Part shown: piece after piece, positions 27,775 to 41,680 of the stretch
Layout: every line of letters begins with the position of its first letter
How positions within the stretch are numbered: the first letter of the stretch is position 1
From: Lama glama
Taxonomy: Eukaryota
Assembly (NCBI GenBank): GCA_028534125.1
Contig: CM052817.1
Coordinates: 58,158,001 to 58,222,000, forward strand
DNA length: 64,000 nucleotides
Direction: 5' to 3'
The notes under the pieces: model-generated
Told to the model about the DNA's origin: nothing
The model's input: the letters and a program-made list of their open reading frames with translations, nothing else
Databases searched by the model: none
Program-made: the position numbers and the translations under genes

Positions 27775-28232
27775 GTGGCAGTCACGGAGTCATGCTACTT
27801 GGCCTCCTTTCAAGAAATAAATGGTTTTCAGCCGTGAGGGGTATAGTTGGCTGACACGTGTAGCTGCAGAAGCTTTAGAATCCTTCGTAGTGTTCAAGCT
27901 AAGGTGATGCTCTTCAGTTCATCTCCCAGCAATTGATATAGCCTGTCCGTTTCTGCCAATGCAGACCTCTCCTGCAGCCTGTCTTTGCTCTGAATCTCTC
28001 CCTGTTAGATTGGTCAAGACTTCATGAGATCTGCACTGCATTCTTTTTATTCTTCTTCTTCTTCTATTTTTCCCTTTCCTTTCAGAAACGTAGGATCTGT
28101 TTTGTGACCTGAAGTCTTCCCCTACATAATCCTGTTTTCTTCCTTGTTATCAATTCATAGAAATTACTCCTTAATAAAAATCTTTACTCCTAATTCTGGC
28201 TCAGGATCTGCTTCTCTTAGGACCTGACCAAA
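27775..28232 (+). mobile_element. LTR16-like ERVL solo LTR
   Basis: tgtggcag start; ends aataaaaatctttactcctaattctggctcaggatctgcttctcttaggacctgac. Confidence 0.75.
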
Positions 28233-29229
28233 GTCCTAAATGGAGAGATGAGTCAGTTTAGACAAATTTTAAGATCTCTTCTAACTCTGCAGTCCTATAA
28301 TACTGTGCTGTGCCATCTAATGACTCCTAGGCAGAGTTGGATAATCATTTTATAACAATTCTAAGAAGTAAGGCAAGAGATACCTCTCTGAATCACAAAC
28401 TTTATACTTTGGAAAATATTTTCTTCAGAATTGTAAAGGTGCATTTGCATTTGGTCTTAAAGTTTAATTCATTTGCTAGTATTTGTAACTATCTGGAGTC
28501 ACTTGAATCTGCTAAACTGAGCTCAAAAATGGAATTAAATCAGTGTCTAGTAAAAGATGTCTATTTAAAGTAAGCTGCTTGCAACACACATGTTTTCTGG
28601 GCAGATAGCACGAACATTAGGAATGATTAAAGAAAGAAGTGTAGAAAAACTTATCAATCCTGGTGCTATTTATTATAATTTGGAAAATAATCTTCCATTT
28701 TGCTCTCCTATTAATATATGTCTTATTAATATGAACAATGCATCCAGATCTTGCACAATTAGCACATAACAAATAAATAATAATCAGTTTTGAAGTGTGG
28801 ATACTATTAAATTATGCCTCTCTTAGAATATATGTGGGATTCTAGAAGAAATTAAAATGTACTGAAATTAACTTACTGATCTTGATTTGATGTGAAATTC
28901 TTTAAAGTTTTTTTTTTAAATATTGTGCTTATGTCAAATGAATATAAAAATAAATGCTTCCTTTGAAGGCTTGAAATTAAAAAATTCACAGAATATGGTT
29001 ATTAGGCCAGCCTGTGATTCCCAGGCCTCCTGTGTTTATACAGGCGATAAAACTAGGGCACAAGTAGCAGCCAAAATATAACATTCCACTGAGATCACGC
29101 ATACTCTGACCTCTCATGTTCTTTTGAGATAAATTCTGGAATCTCTGAGTATATCGCATGAGATTTGGTAATGAGACATTGCTCTCATGACGTGGAGTTT
29201 TTGATTTGCAATTTATTTTTTAAAGCCAC

Positions 29230-29470
29230 CTTAACTGAGCCTCTGTCATCTGCCAGATAGTAAGTTTTTTAAGTAAATTATCTCATAAGTATCACAACAA
29301 TCATATTAGATAGGGACTAATATTATTTCCATTTTGCACTGAAGAAATCTGAGCATTTGAGAGGTTAAATTACATGACCAGTGTCACTGTAGCTCATAAA
29401 AATGGCAGTGCCTGGGTTTTAACCCAGCTGTGGCTGACTGCAGGGTCGGTGCTATCACAACCGTTGTGTT
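29230..29470 (-). mobile_element. MIR SINE
   Basis: tattatttccattttgcactgaagaaatctgagc...gagaggttaaattac...gggttttaacccag. Confidence 0.8.
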
Positions 29471-29489
29471 ACCCAGGCTTTTCTGTACT

Positions 29490-30020
29490 GTCAGTGACTG
29501 AGAGTCAAAAGTGCCACTAGTCAGCATGGAAGCTCTGCTGTTGCCTGCTTCCTGTGCTGCCGTTCAGACCCAGGCTGTGGATGCTTACGGTGCAGGGAGC
29601 TGGTGTAGAGGGGGCCAGAGGAACTCTCGCTGTTGCCAGACACGCTGTTATCACCGAGTGCACTGCTGCTGTCGTTAGTGCTGCTGCCAACACCGCCAGC
29701 CCTGCTGTTGCCAGTGCCAGTGCTGCTGCTACCTTGGGCTCTCAGTGTCCCAGGGTGATCCTGTAGACAAGCAGCTGCTTTCGGCTTTCAACTTGCTTGT
29801 TACCTGTAGATCCTTTGCCTTAGGACTCAGGCTTAAGTCCGTGGAACCTGGGGCAGAGGACAGTGGGAGGTACGCTTTATCTACCCTAGCATCTGGGACA
29901 GCTGGCCTCGAACCAAGCATGTGCATCTCAGTTCTCTTTTCTCTTCTGCCTGAGAGATTTCTTTTCCTCAGTGACTCTATCTTCCCTCATTCAGTGCCCC
30001 ACCAGCCCTGGAAACATAAA
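29490..30020. mobile_element. Probable old ERVL LTR (LTR33/41-like) with GCT/GCC-rich core
   Basis: GC-rich island with gctgctgcc triplets typical of such LTRs; termini not resolved. Confidence 0.35.
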
Positions 30021-30796
30021 CCCTTGAACCTTAGAATGAGTAGATATTTTAGTTTGAAAGATACAATAAAGAGCACTTAAAATTTAAATCATGAATGTAT
30101 ACTTATCTATGTAAAAATTGACTCATGCTAATTATTAAAGAAAAACTATGTAAGTATAAACAACTTTGCTATCCAGCAGGGGTGCTTTCAGTTTGATTTA
30201 CATTATTTGTAAAATAATAATAATTACTAGAGCTCAAAAAGTCAAATCTTTCTTTGAAGCCCTATCAATAATTTATACAACTTACATCAAAAGGCTTACA
30301 GGGACAAAGTGATTTTGTTGGTGGGGTGATTTCTTTTTCACTCTTGCTTCCAATCCTGACTCACAAGGAGGGCACTGTTGTCTCAAAGCTGGAAAATAAG
30401 GAAATAGCATGAAGACTTACAAATCTTTACTCATTAAAAACATTTAAAATACAGACTTTTTAACTAAGGAGAAGAATATCACATTGCTGAATTCTTTATC
30501 AACTGAAAGCAAAACCTGTCTGCATTTTTTAGTTGAAAAAACATGGGGCAAAATAACTCTTAGTTCTATACCAGAAGTATTTCTTTTTCTTTTCTTTAAT
30601 TGCTTACAAGTAGTCTAGTAAGAAAAAACATTTGTATCAAGGTCCTGGTCAGGATACTCTTCTTAAGGTCAACTATTTTCCCCTTTAGGATAAAGCAATC
30701 AATATTCTTGTTAGAGTACAGTATTCTTGTTGGAAATACAAGCTTGCATATCCAACCTACCTGCAATTATAATGGAAAGTTTTATGTTTCTTATTC

Positions 30797-32610
30797 CAGT
30801 TTTATTGAGATATAATTGATAGACATCACTGTATAGGTTAAAGGTATACAGCATAATAATTTGACTTACATACATCATGAAATGATTACCACAGTAAGTT
30901 TAGTGAACGAACATCCGCTATCTCATATAGATACAAAATAAAATAATTAGAAAAAAATGTTCTTCCTTGTGATGAGAACTCTTATAATTTACTTAGGATT
31001 TACTCTCAACAACTTCCATACTAACATACATCAGTGATCATATTTGACTTTACATCCCTAGTACTTATTTGTTTTATTTTAAAAAATTTTTAATTGAAGT
31101 TTTATTTAATTTTTTATTGAAGTCAGTTACAGTGTGTCAATTTCTGGTGCACAGCATAGTGTTCCAGTCATAGATGTATATACGAATACGTTTTCATATT
31201 CTTTTTCATTAAAGGTTATTACAAGATATTGAATATAGTTCCTTGTGCTATATAGAAGAAATTTGTTTTTTATCTGTTTTTATGTGTACCCCCTTTCCCC
31301 TATTACCATATGATTGCTTACTATGTCTGTGAGTCTGTTTCTGTTTTGTAGATGAATTGATGAGTTCATTAGTGTTCTCTCTTTCTCTCTTTTTTTTTAG
31401 ATTCCCCATATGAGTGATTTCATATGGTATTTTTCTTTCTCTTTCTGACTTACTTCACTTAGAATGATGATCTCCACATCCGTCCATGTTGCTGCAAATG
31501 ACACTGTTTTATTCTTTTTTATCATTGAGTAGTATTCCATTGTATAAATACACCACAACTTCTTTATCCATCATCTGTTGATGGACATTTGGGTTGCTTC
31601 CATGTCTTGGCTAAATTCGATTAAATTCAACACCCATTTATGATAGAGTCTTACCAAAATGGGTATAAAGGGAACATATCTTTAACATAATAAAAGCTAT
31701 TTATGACAAATCCACATCCAACATAGATAATATTCAATGGTGAAAAACTGAAAGCCTTCCCACTAAAATCTGGAACAAGACAAGGATGCCCACTCTCACC
31801 ACTTCTTTTCAACATAGTTTTGAAAGTCCTAGCCACAGCAATCAGGGAAGAAAAAGAAATAAAAGGGATCCAAATTGGAAGAGAAGAGGATCTATATGTG
31901 GATGACATGATGCTATATGTAGAAAACCCTAAAAGCTCCACACAAAAACTATTAGAACTATAAAATAATTTGGCAAGGTAGCAGGATACAAGACTAACAT
32001 ACAGAAATCAATTTCATTTATTTACACTAACAATGAAGTATCAGGAAAAGAAAGTAAAGAAACAATCCCTTTTAAAATTGCATCCAAAAGAATAAAATAC
32101 TTAGGAATAAGTCTGACTAAGGAGGTGAAAGACTTATACATGGAGAACTACAAAACATTGATTAAGGAAATTAAAGATGACTTAAAGAAATGGAAAGATA
32201 TCCCATGATCTTGGATTGGAAGAATCAATATTGTTAAAATTGCCATATTGCACAAGGCAATCTACAGATTTATTTGTTTTTATAACTGGAAGTTTGTACC
32301 TTTTTACTGCCTTCATCCAGTTCCTCCTCTCCCCACCCTCCATTTCTGGCAACCACAAATCTGATCACTTTTTATATAATTTTGTTTGTTTGGAATATCA
32401 TTGATCTACACTATGCTAGTTCCTGTTAAGCAACATAGTGCTTTCATATTTATATGCACTTCAAAATGATCACAGTAAGTCTAATTATCGTCTGTCACCA
32501 TACAAAGATGTGGCTTATTAGTCACTTTCCCGATTCTGTACCTTTCATACCCACAACTCATTTATTTTCCAACTGGAAATTTGCACCTCAATCTCCCTCA
32601 CCTGTTTCAT
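30797..32610 (-). mobile_element. Older L1 3' UTR (L1MA9/L1_Art-related) split by a younger L1
   Basis: ...tacatccctagtacttatttgtttt (31075) resumes as ttatttgtttttataactggaagtttgtacc (32270). Confidence 0.88.
31076..32269 (-). mobile_element. Younger L1 with 5' inversion; inverted part carries ORF2 RT domain on +
   Basis: 31085-31612 antisense 3' end; 31613-32269 sense ORF2 ([30 protein letters not shown]); TSD ttatttgtttt (31065-31075, 32270-32280). Confidence 0.92.
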
Positions 32611-34842
32611 TTGCTTTTGTGTTTCATTAATTAAGAAAATGGAGATTGGTAAATATTACTTAAACACATATGTTTCAGACAGAGTGAGCTTCTTGATGTG
32701 TCAAATGTATGGATTTATAGAATGAATTTGCATTCAGAACTTTTTTCCAGTATATTGCATGAGGAATATAATTTTATTTAAGAAATGTAAATATGTGATT
32801 TATGAAACATCACAAAGGAATGTATTTATACATTTAAGGTTATCATAACACATACATGTTAGGATGTTTCTGTATGTGTATAATATACATTTTTTATTTT
32901 TAATTGATTTTTTAATTTTAAAATTAGAATTAAAAAAAGTATGTTAGTATATGAAAAACAACCTAACAATGTCATTGTATTTAAACGTCATATGTAGATG
33001 TGTGTTTTGTTATGTTCTGAGCTACCTGCCAGCATATGTTGTAAAGAACTCTATGGATAAAATAAAGATCAGAAAGTAGTACAGAGAGAAATAAAATTTA
33101 GTTGCCTTATATTTCCTATCCTCCTCATTTTTTAGTTTTTAGGAAGAATTTATGCCTCTTGCATGAAGATAATAATGTAGTTAATGTTCTAATGTAGTTA
33201 AAATTATAGAAGAGCTTTTAAAACTTTATAGGATGACAAATGACATTGATAAATATACTTTTATGAGTAAGATTCTCTTTATTGTTTGCACTTAATGTTC
33301 TTGTTTTGTTTTAACAGTATGTATAAGAAATTTTTTATCTTTTTCTAGATAATTTTTCACCCCTTATACTCTAAACCTGTTTAGGCAAGTGAGGTTTGCA
33401 AGTGGTTGAATTCAGAGTTTACACTGGAACAGACTGGTGGGAATACTTCTCAATGGCTTTTTCAAGAAAGTATTAACTACTTTATTACACAGATTGCAGT
33501 CATTTTTATCTTTACTATACACAACCATAGAAAACTTTAGTTTGTGAATTCTTGGAAGATTAAAACAAAGCAAAACAATGATCTGGAAAACAATTCATTA
33601 AAACTGGGGACTTAGAGATTTTATGGACATGGAAATGCTACCAAATGCTACTACAGAGTGACATTTTTTTTTAATGTCTGAATTTATTAACCTGTGAATG
33701 GAGAACTTTTAAATTGAAAATAATGACAGCACCTTAATTATGATGATATTATTGAAAGCCTACTACTGCAATAATAGATGCATTTTCAGTTTCCAGAGCT
33801 ATGGCAGCTGTCAAACACCAACATTTTTCCTTGAGAATAGGTTTGGTGTAATGTTTTTCAAGGACAAGTTGCTCAGCTATTGTCTCTGAGCACTGCTAGT
33901 TAATATTCAACAGTTTTCTTAATCAAAATTGTGTGTCCTGCTCCCTAGAGTGTTTGTTAAAGTGATTATATGTTTATCAGAGCCTTCAACAGCAGAAACA
34001 GCGTATTTCTAGACAAGGTGCTGGTAATGAGAACCTGTATTATCCCAGGGTGCTGATAAGAAATGGAGAAATGCTGTCAAAATCATTGTTTATAAAAAAA
34101 AATACTATAGCTCAGAAAGTCAAACCTTTCTTTGAAGTCCTTGTACTTTCTATAACTTCAATTGTTTATCTAGGATAATGGGGCAGCAGGAATATGGTGA
34201 TACCCTACTACAAACTCCAGAAATGGCATGCCAGTGATCAAATAGTCCTGGGGTCTATTAATCATTGCTTCTGTTGGATGGCTGATTAAGGTTCTTCACA
34301 ACATGTTTCCTCTAGATTACAGAAAGTTCTTAATGAAGTAAAGCTTGCAGGGCATTAGAGAGCTCAATCTGGCATTCTACAAATGGTATTGAAAGGTCAT
34401 GTGGGGATAACAAGCTTTGCCAAAAGTAGAATAATGCAACACCTAACATTTTCCATGAAATACTGTATCTAAGTTGCAGGTTTTGTTACTGCTATTTTTT
34501 TTAACCTCAAATTATTTTCTATACACACACACACACACACACCCTCTCCCCCTCCAAATAATCAAAGAATCAGATACATTGTTTGAAACAAAAATGGTCT
34601 CTATAATACTGAAAAGAACATTTGTTTTGTATTTCATTTGTTTTGTCTCTATGAGGAATGAAGTTTGCAAACAGTTCGTTTTCATTATTATGTTGGTGGA
34701 TTTTCCTCTAGAATCAGAATATTCAATAATGAAAACACACTTTTGGCCATTGTTTCACAATAAAAAGCACACTTTGGACATTAATTAGGAGACAATGCAC
34801 GTACAATTCATAGGAGTTAATTTTCGTAAATAACAATCTTTT

Positions 34843-34990
34843 AAAAAAATTTTTTTTGGGGGGAGGTAATTAGGTTTTTAAAAAATCAATCAATTAATTA
34901 ATTAATTAATTAATGGAGGTACTGGGTATTGAACCCAGGAACTTGTGCATGCTAAACAGCAGCTCTACCACTGAGCTATCCCCTCCCCCT
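34843..34990 (-). mobile_element. Vic-1-type camelid tRNA-derived SINE
   Basis: Minus strand GGGGGAGGGATAGCTCAGTGGTAGAG (A box)...GGTTCAATACC (B box)...CCTAATTACCTCCCC; 16-bp TSD taaataacaatctttt (34827-34842, 34991-35006). Confidence 0.93.
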
Positions 34991-35324
34991 TAAATAACAA
35001 TCTTTTTGAAGGCTACAACTAGGGATTTTGATGACCTAAGTGATACTGAGACATATGCTGCACTTTATGCATTGATCTTTGACATCGAAAGATGGTCACA
35101 TTAATGTAAAAAATGGTTGCTGCTGCATATTTGAAACTTAAGCCACACTATTTGCTGATATTCAGAATAACTCATTTATTTGGTATTGTTATGTATTGTC
35201 AATTAATTTCTAACTCCTTGAATAAATTGACCAATTTCATATTTTTATTTACTTCTTATGTGTGGCTTATAATTATTTCAAAATATGAATCACAGATTGA
35301 TTTGATACCAGGTTTTGGTAGAAT

Positions 35325-36142
35325 TGTGTATCAGTACAGTCAGGAGATAGAAACCACAGAAGGTAAGGAAGCTTAATATATAAAATTATTAAGTTGTGAC
35401 AACAAGAAATTGACACAACATTGTAAACTGACTATACTTCAATAAAAAAAGTAAAAAAAATGAAAAAAGAAAAATGAATACCTAAAAAAAATTGTGACGA
35501 CAGAGTAACTATGAAATACAGGGAAACTTCTGTAATATTCTAGAGCCAAGGGAGTATACCAAGGAGAGGACAAACTTAGAAGTTGTTCAGATCTTTGGAG
35601 AAAAGATATAATTCATCCCATTGGTTAGCAGAGAAATTCAGGGATTTGGCCATGCATCCAGAGGTGGTCTGCAGTTGCTGCACAAGCTAGTGGCAGAGAG
35701 AGCAGGAGGGGCACTGGCAGTCAAACATGCGACAATCTAAGGGTGTGGGCATCCTCCAGGCTGCTTGGTGGGCAGAGTAAGGGGCCTGCAGAGGGACCAT
35801 GAGAGGTTCAGACAGGCATCACCCAGGCCTGCATAGACAATTCTGGCACTGATACAGATTGCAAGATTGGCAAGGAATCATACATTCTGGGCACCATGCA
35901 TGGCTGGGGTGGAGCTCCACTGAATGTCTTAACATCTACACCAAAACCAGTAATCCCTCCAAACCCCCAAATCCAGTAGCAGAAACCTTGGGAGGACCCC
36001 TTCTTCCTGCAGTGTCTGTCCAGCATACATCATGCTCATTGTAAAGAAGAAATGCTTAAATGAATTCCACCTATGATCACAAAGCTTGTATTTATTGAAG
36101 ATTGCATTAGAGCTGGAAGGCAATTAATTCATAACTGGCATA
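35325..36142 (-). mobile_element. LTR41-like ERVL solo LTR containing a short L1 tail
   Basis: tgtatcag...cagtcaggagatagaaaccaca start, gagctggaaggcaattaattcataactggca end; L1 tail 35405-35490 flanked by ttgtgac(a/g)aca. Confidence 0.7.
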
Positions 36143-36179
36143 TGTTGTATCACATTTAGATGCTTTGTAGTTAGTTTTA

Positions 36180-36540
36180 CAGCAAAAACAGCAATTCCCT
36201 TTGCCTTAAGGATGTCATGTTCTTTACAGGTGCCCTAATTTTAGCCCCTTGTACTTGTCTATCCTGATGAGTTATATTATCTTTGTTTTCAATAGCTGAG
36301 AGTTTAGGACTGTGCTTCCATTTCACTGTATCTTGTATACACACCACCCATAGGTCTCTGCAGTGAGATAGAAGCCTGTCTATATATGGCACTGTACGTT
36401 TACCCAAATTCTTTAGATGAAGTGTTTGAGCAACCACAGTGGAAAGAACTCAGAGAGTTTCAGTAAACTCTATTCTAATTTGAGCCATTTGGATCTCTTT
36501 TATAAGCTGGTGAGGAAACTATTTACCCTTAAAGGCTGAG
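36180..36540 (-). pseudogene. Fossil exon, best-preserved repeat (overlaps ORF 36177..36437)
   Basis: Acceptor gctatttctag|. Single frame GK*FPHQLIKEIQMAQIRIEFTETL*VLSTVVAQTLHLKNLGKRTVPYIDRLLSHCRDLWVVCIQDTVKWKHSPKLSAIE; only two stops in about 120 codons. Confidence 0.65.
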
Positions 36541-38989
36541 CTAGAAATAGCACGCAGTTCATTTGGCAAAGCTAAAGAGCAATATTGATTTTGAGGAACT
36601 GAGGAGCATGCAATGCATAGATCAATTTGTTACTAGTCAGTCATTCTTTTCCCTGCTATTCGTACAACCGTTATTGTTGTTTAGGTGAGAAAAAGTTAGT
36701 GTTAGTGACTGCTTCCTGGTGTTCTAAAGGTGCTATCATTTGCATTCATATTCATATACTGTTGTAATCATGTAACAATGAGCTGTCAACTACTATGTGT
36801 ATGTAAGAGACAGGTATATAGGTGTACAAGTGTCAATAAGGTGTTTAAAAAGATATATGCTAATTAATAATTTTTGGATAAAACTGGTTTATTATGAACC
36901 ATAGTAACAGCATGCGCTAAGTCACTCACAATATATCTATTTTTTGCTTTAATGTAGGAATTACCACTGGCAAGTAAATTTTTTTTTCTAGCACCCAGGA
37001 CATAGAACAAGTTTGTTATAAAATGATTTATTCTTTCTTGGGTTAGAGGACGAAAAGCCTTTGATGGAAATACTATAATTGTTTTGGCAGTTTGCTTTGG
37101 ATTTTTAATCTTTCCTCAGGGTGCTTTTTCTACCTCCTTTAAGAGAAAGAATGAGGGAGAAGAGGTTATTTTATTATACATGTTAAAAATTCCAACATGA
37201 ATAAATCCAACAGATAAATTGCTTACACTTACAGTTTCTGGAATGTTGCAGGAACATGAGAATTGAGAAACTAACACTTAAGTAAAAATGATTTATTAGT
37301 AGTATGGAAAATAGGTGATGCTATAAAAACCATTATGATCCACATCCATAAAGTGAGTAAATGGAATGATTATAGGAGAAGAAATATGTTTTGGCGTAAA
37401 ACCATTTCCTAAAATCTTCCAACATTAAGATAAATTCTACTTAACCTAAATTTAATGCATGATAATAAGGTCTGTGAATGAACCCATCTCCATTTACTGA
37501 AAATTAACAAAATATTACATGTTATAGCAGATGTAGGAGTAAAATGTTACTACTCCCAACTTTAGTGAACTTAAAATCTTTAGCTTTTCAATTGTAAATA
37601 TTTTGTCTGTGTCTGCCACAGTACCAAGAACTGTGCAAAATATTTGGCTCAAAAATAGATAACTCATTTAGAACAAAAAACAGTAAAAAAAAAGAAAAAG
37701 ATAAAAGGATGGATAAGAAGATGGGGCTAATACATGATATAGTAGGTTATCAATTAACAGATATTCCAAAAATGCATCATTTCCATGGCTCTGTGAACAT
37801 TAAGCTTGAAAGCCATTAATTTATTTTTTCCTTTGGTTATAAAGGGTAGAAAGTAATTATAGATAGCATTTATTGAGTGTACTCTAGTACAAGATGGATA
37901 CGTACAGAATTGATTGTCTTTACCAACCCTTATACTAGTCCTCTAAGATACACGTTATTTAGGACCTCTTAGTTTTAAATGGAAGTTCAGGCACAACAGG
38001 AGAACCACACATGGTCATACTGCTAAAAGTGTGAACAGAGATAACAGTTCTGGATGGCACATCCCCAAGCGCAGGCCTATTCCACTACACGGTTTGGCTT
38101 CTAAAAGATAAAAATAATTAAAGTATTTGGCTCTTTAGCTGTTAAGGACTCGATAATTTTAATAACTTGATAATTTTCAAATTTAGCTGGTAATTTCTAT
38201 TAGATTTGTAGTCCCTCAGCTTTTACTTCTATTTCCCCTAATGTACATACATGAAAACTGAAATGTGATATGAGTGAGCAAGGTGAATATATTATAATTT
38301 TAAAAAATCATTTCTTTCTTACATCTGGGAACCTTCTTTTTCCTTTTGAGGCTTTTACTGGTGTTTTCGTGTTCCCCCCATGGCTCACATAACAAAAACT
38401 GTGTTGATTTCATCTTTGTGGCATATTTTATAGATTCTTATTTCTCTAACATTGTTTCTTAAATATTATAGTAATGGAAATAATAATTTTCACCATAGTG
38501 AATTATTAAAGTTCCTTTTTGTTTTCTGTCATACCATTATACCAATAAATATATTGAATGTTTCCAGGTTTATTTCTTACCTCTCCAATTAAAAAGCAAG
38601 CTACTTAAAGGTTGTATCACTATATTCTCTTAATGAGGAAGAGGCTGTATTTATATAATAAATATTGTAGATTAAACAGTTGATTATTCTGATGGGGAGA
38701 GAATTATAAAATTGGGTTTTGCTAATTGTAGCGAGATGTTTGATAGATTCACAGTTTCTGAACTTCTTGGCAGGATTAGTCCATCATGATATTATGTACA
38801 TTTTACAAGTTTAGAATAAGAATTGTTACATTTTCATTAGTAAAAGCCCTGATTAATGGTCCAGCATTAGAAATATTCATTATGTTTTTTTACAGTGAGG
38901 TGGTGTGATATCATCGGGAGGGGGTTAAATGCCTTTCAGAAAGATTCAGAAACATGTCTGAGTTCTTAAATTGCTTAGAAATGTACTTA

Positions 38990-39230
38990 GAGGCATCATG
39001 ACTGAGTGGACAGAGAATGAGCTTTAGGGTTACATGACTTGGGTTTGAATTTCAGCTCTATCATTAGCCCTATGAATTTAGCCAAATTGAGTAATCTCAC
39101 TAAACCATGTTTCTTCGCCTACAAAATACAAATAATCGCATCTCTCATGTAAGGTTTTTGTGAGGATTAACTAGAATAATAAATGAAAAGTATCTGGAAC
39201 GAAGAAGGTGCTGAAAACTAGTTTAGCTAC
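38990..39230 (+). mobile_element. MIR SINE
   Basis: gacttgggtttgaatttcagctcta...gtttttgtgaggattaa. Confidence 0.82.
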
Positions 39231-40539
39231 TTTCAATATTAAATATCAAAGTCTGATGCAGATTATTTGATGTACTGGAGATTATTTATATTCTGAATAC
39301 TGGGGGGAGAAAATCAAGGGGATTCAAAATATCACAAAAAGTCTGCTTGTTCCCTAGTTTGGCTATTTAAAATTGTGAATAGCATTTTAAAAACATTTTA
39401 AATTCTGTTTTTAAGATAAACCTGTGCGGTGGCTTTCAGTTCTTGAGAAAATTTAGCCTGATGTTATTTTTGGCTCTTCCATGAGGTAATTAGTCTCTTC
39501 ATCTGAAAGAGTTAAGCTGCTGGTAGCTGACCTTTCTCTAAGCTAATGGGTGTGTTAGGATCTTTAATCGGCTTCCTTTTAGTTTCCATCTCATAAGTCA
39601 CAGAGTACAGGAAAAAGACATTCTTTGGTGGGTTGCGTTTATTACTTGCTCCTATAACAGCCCATTGTTAGTTGAGAATTAGCTGTAGCATTTTAGTTCC
39701 TACATATTGTAAATATCAGGCCAGTTATGCAAAAATGAGCATGATGCTTCAAGGTAACATTTGTGTTAATTTCCACATGAGTATATTGATCTACATGTGA
39801 AGAATTTTTAGTTGAAATAGTTGTTTAGTGTTACAGATTTTGACCCTGTTACTGAACTCCTTCAGGCCAACTTCACACACTCTTCCACCTTCTGGTGTTT
39901 GTAAAATGGTCAATTGCAGTGATTATGTTCAGCTTTGAAATGCTAGGCTTATCTTTCTAATTAAGATGTCCCAGAACACCTTATAAAATATTTGTAACTG
40001 GAAAGACTCTAGTAACCTAGGAAAATTGAACAGAATAGGTAGCTTTCCTTTTTTTCTTCTTTGAGAATAAATATAAACAGAGATTATAGAGAAGGTCATT
40101 AATATTCTCTAAATATTAAATCATCCTTAAATAGTTATCCCTTTCACAGGAGGGAGCATTATTATTTACTGGGATTACAAACCAATTGATCATCTGACAT
40201 CCTGTGGGTTGATAAAGGAATGGAAAAAGCTTTTTTTAAGCACCAGCATGTTCAGAGTTGCATTTCACACGTGAGAGTTTTGATTTTCAACAGTTTTTGT
40301 ATTTAAAAATAATGTGTTTATGTGTTCATCTTAACATGAGGAAGTTAAAGTCTCAGACAAGTCAAACTTTTTCAAGGTCGTACAATTTAAAATTTACAAA
40401 TGAAATTTCAATCCAGTTTAGTCTGATGTCAGATCCTAATCTTTGCTGCCATGTGCCTTTGTTCCTGAACTTCATTATAATTGTAAGTGCCTTGCTGACT
40501 AAAATACAAATAAATATGTTTGTCTTGATCTCAATAAAA

Positions 40540-41680
40540 AGTTATTCATTTCTGTAATATTGAGTCTCTACTGGTACTTAGTGTTCTAGTCACTAAGGAT
40601 TCAGCAGTGAACAACATGGACTCAATCCCTGCTTTCAGGAAGATTATTTTCTAGTTGGGAAAGACACCAGTAATCAGTTGGGGAAACAAGCAAGGGAAAT
40701 ACCAGGTAGTGATAAGTCCTACGGCAGAAAATTGAAATGAGGTGATGTGGCTGAGTGACTGAGCAGCCTCTTTGGATTGGATAGTCAGGGAAGGTCTCCT
40801 ATGAAGCTGATATTTAAAATAGGTTTTATGAGTATGTGTCATTTATATGCATAACTGGAACATTGTGCTGTACACTAGAAATTGACACACTGTAACTGAT
40901 GGTACAATCAAATAAAAACAAAAAACAAAAAACAAACAGGTTTTATTGGCTAAAAAGGGTCAGTCACATGACAGCTAAGAGTGGAGGAGGGGTTGTTAAT
41001 CATGGCAAAGGACCTAAATATCCCTGGTAGTAATAGCAGAATAGTGGGTGATGAGGTTAGAAGTCAGGCCTAGGTCAGATTTCATAAGGGGTATAGAATT
41101 TAGGTAGAAGCCACAATGTGGTTTTAATCAGAAAATGGACACAAAGGTAACTCTTGTTGGTCTGTGGAGTATGATTGTGGGGGCAAGAATGGAAGTAGAG
41201 ATCCCAGAGAGATGTGTGCTATTGCCAAACTAGAGGTAAAGCCATGTGGCTTTGACTGCAGTGGGTTGGATGTGGGTGGTAAATAAAAAGAGGAATCCTG
41301 GAGAGCCCCACTGAATGTTTTTAGTATGTTTGTGGTTGATGGGGGGAGTTTATTGAGAAGGAGTAACAGATTTGATGGAGGGAGTGAGAAATTCCGGGCT
41401 TATTAGAGTTAAATTTAAATATTAATTTGATCCATGTGAAATTGTTTATATTTAATTTCTGACCATCAAGAATAGTAATTTCATATAGTTCAACCCGGTA
41501 CCTACTAGACATTCTTGCAGAGATATTAAATAGGCCATTGTACATGTAAGTCTGAAGTACCAGGAGGCAATCTGGGATGAATACATAGATTAGAAAGTCA
41601 TCACTATGGGAACAGATGAGGTAAAAATGGAGGGTGTAGATAAAGCAAAGAATAGGGTCCAGGATAATCCAAAGTGGAGG
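40540..41680 (-). mobile_element. L2 LINE fragment hosting an L1 tail and a MADE2
   Basis: cagcagtgaacaacatggactcaatccctgctttcagga...atagtcagggaaggtctc; L1 tail ~40833-40933 flanked by aaa(t/c)aggttttat. Confidence 0.8.
41420..41500. mobile_element. MADE2-like mariner MITE
   Basis: ~80 bp, TA-flanked, TIRs ttgatccatgtgaaattg / taatttcatatagttcaa. Confidence 0.8.

Larger units (their letters stand above)
27480..28300 (+). mobile_element. L3/CR1 remnant split by LTR16-like insertion
   Basis: ttcaactatctgaaggctgc...aaaatggtgtgggc...cccattgctgg; resumes at ~28235 with aagatctcttctaactctgcagtcctat. Confidence 0.55.

Noticed and set aside
29554..29766. Ala-rich ORF
   Set aside because: Arises from GCT/GCC triplets in a probable LTR; no ATG start or splice support.
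31613..32269. Reverse transcriptase coding sequence as an active or novel RT system
   Set aside because: Ordinary L1 ORF2 fragment with frameshifts, stops and a deletion before the DD motif.
34920..34990. tRNA gene
   Set aside because: SINE head with AT-rich tail and TSD; no tRNA 3' end.
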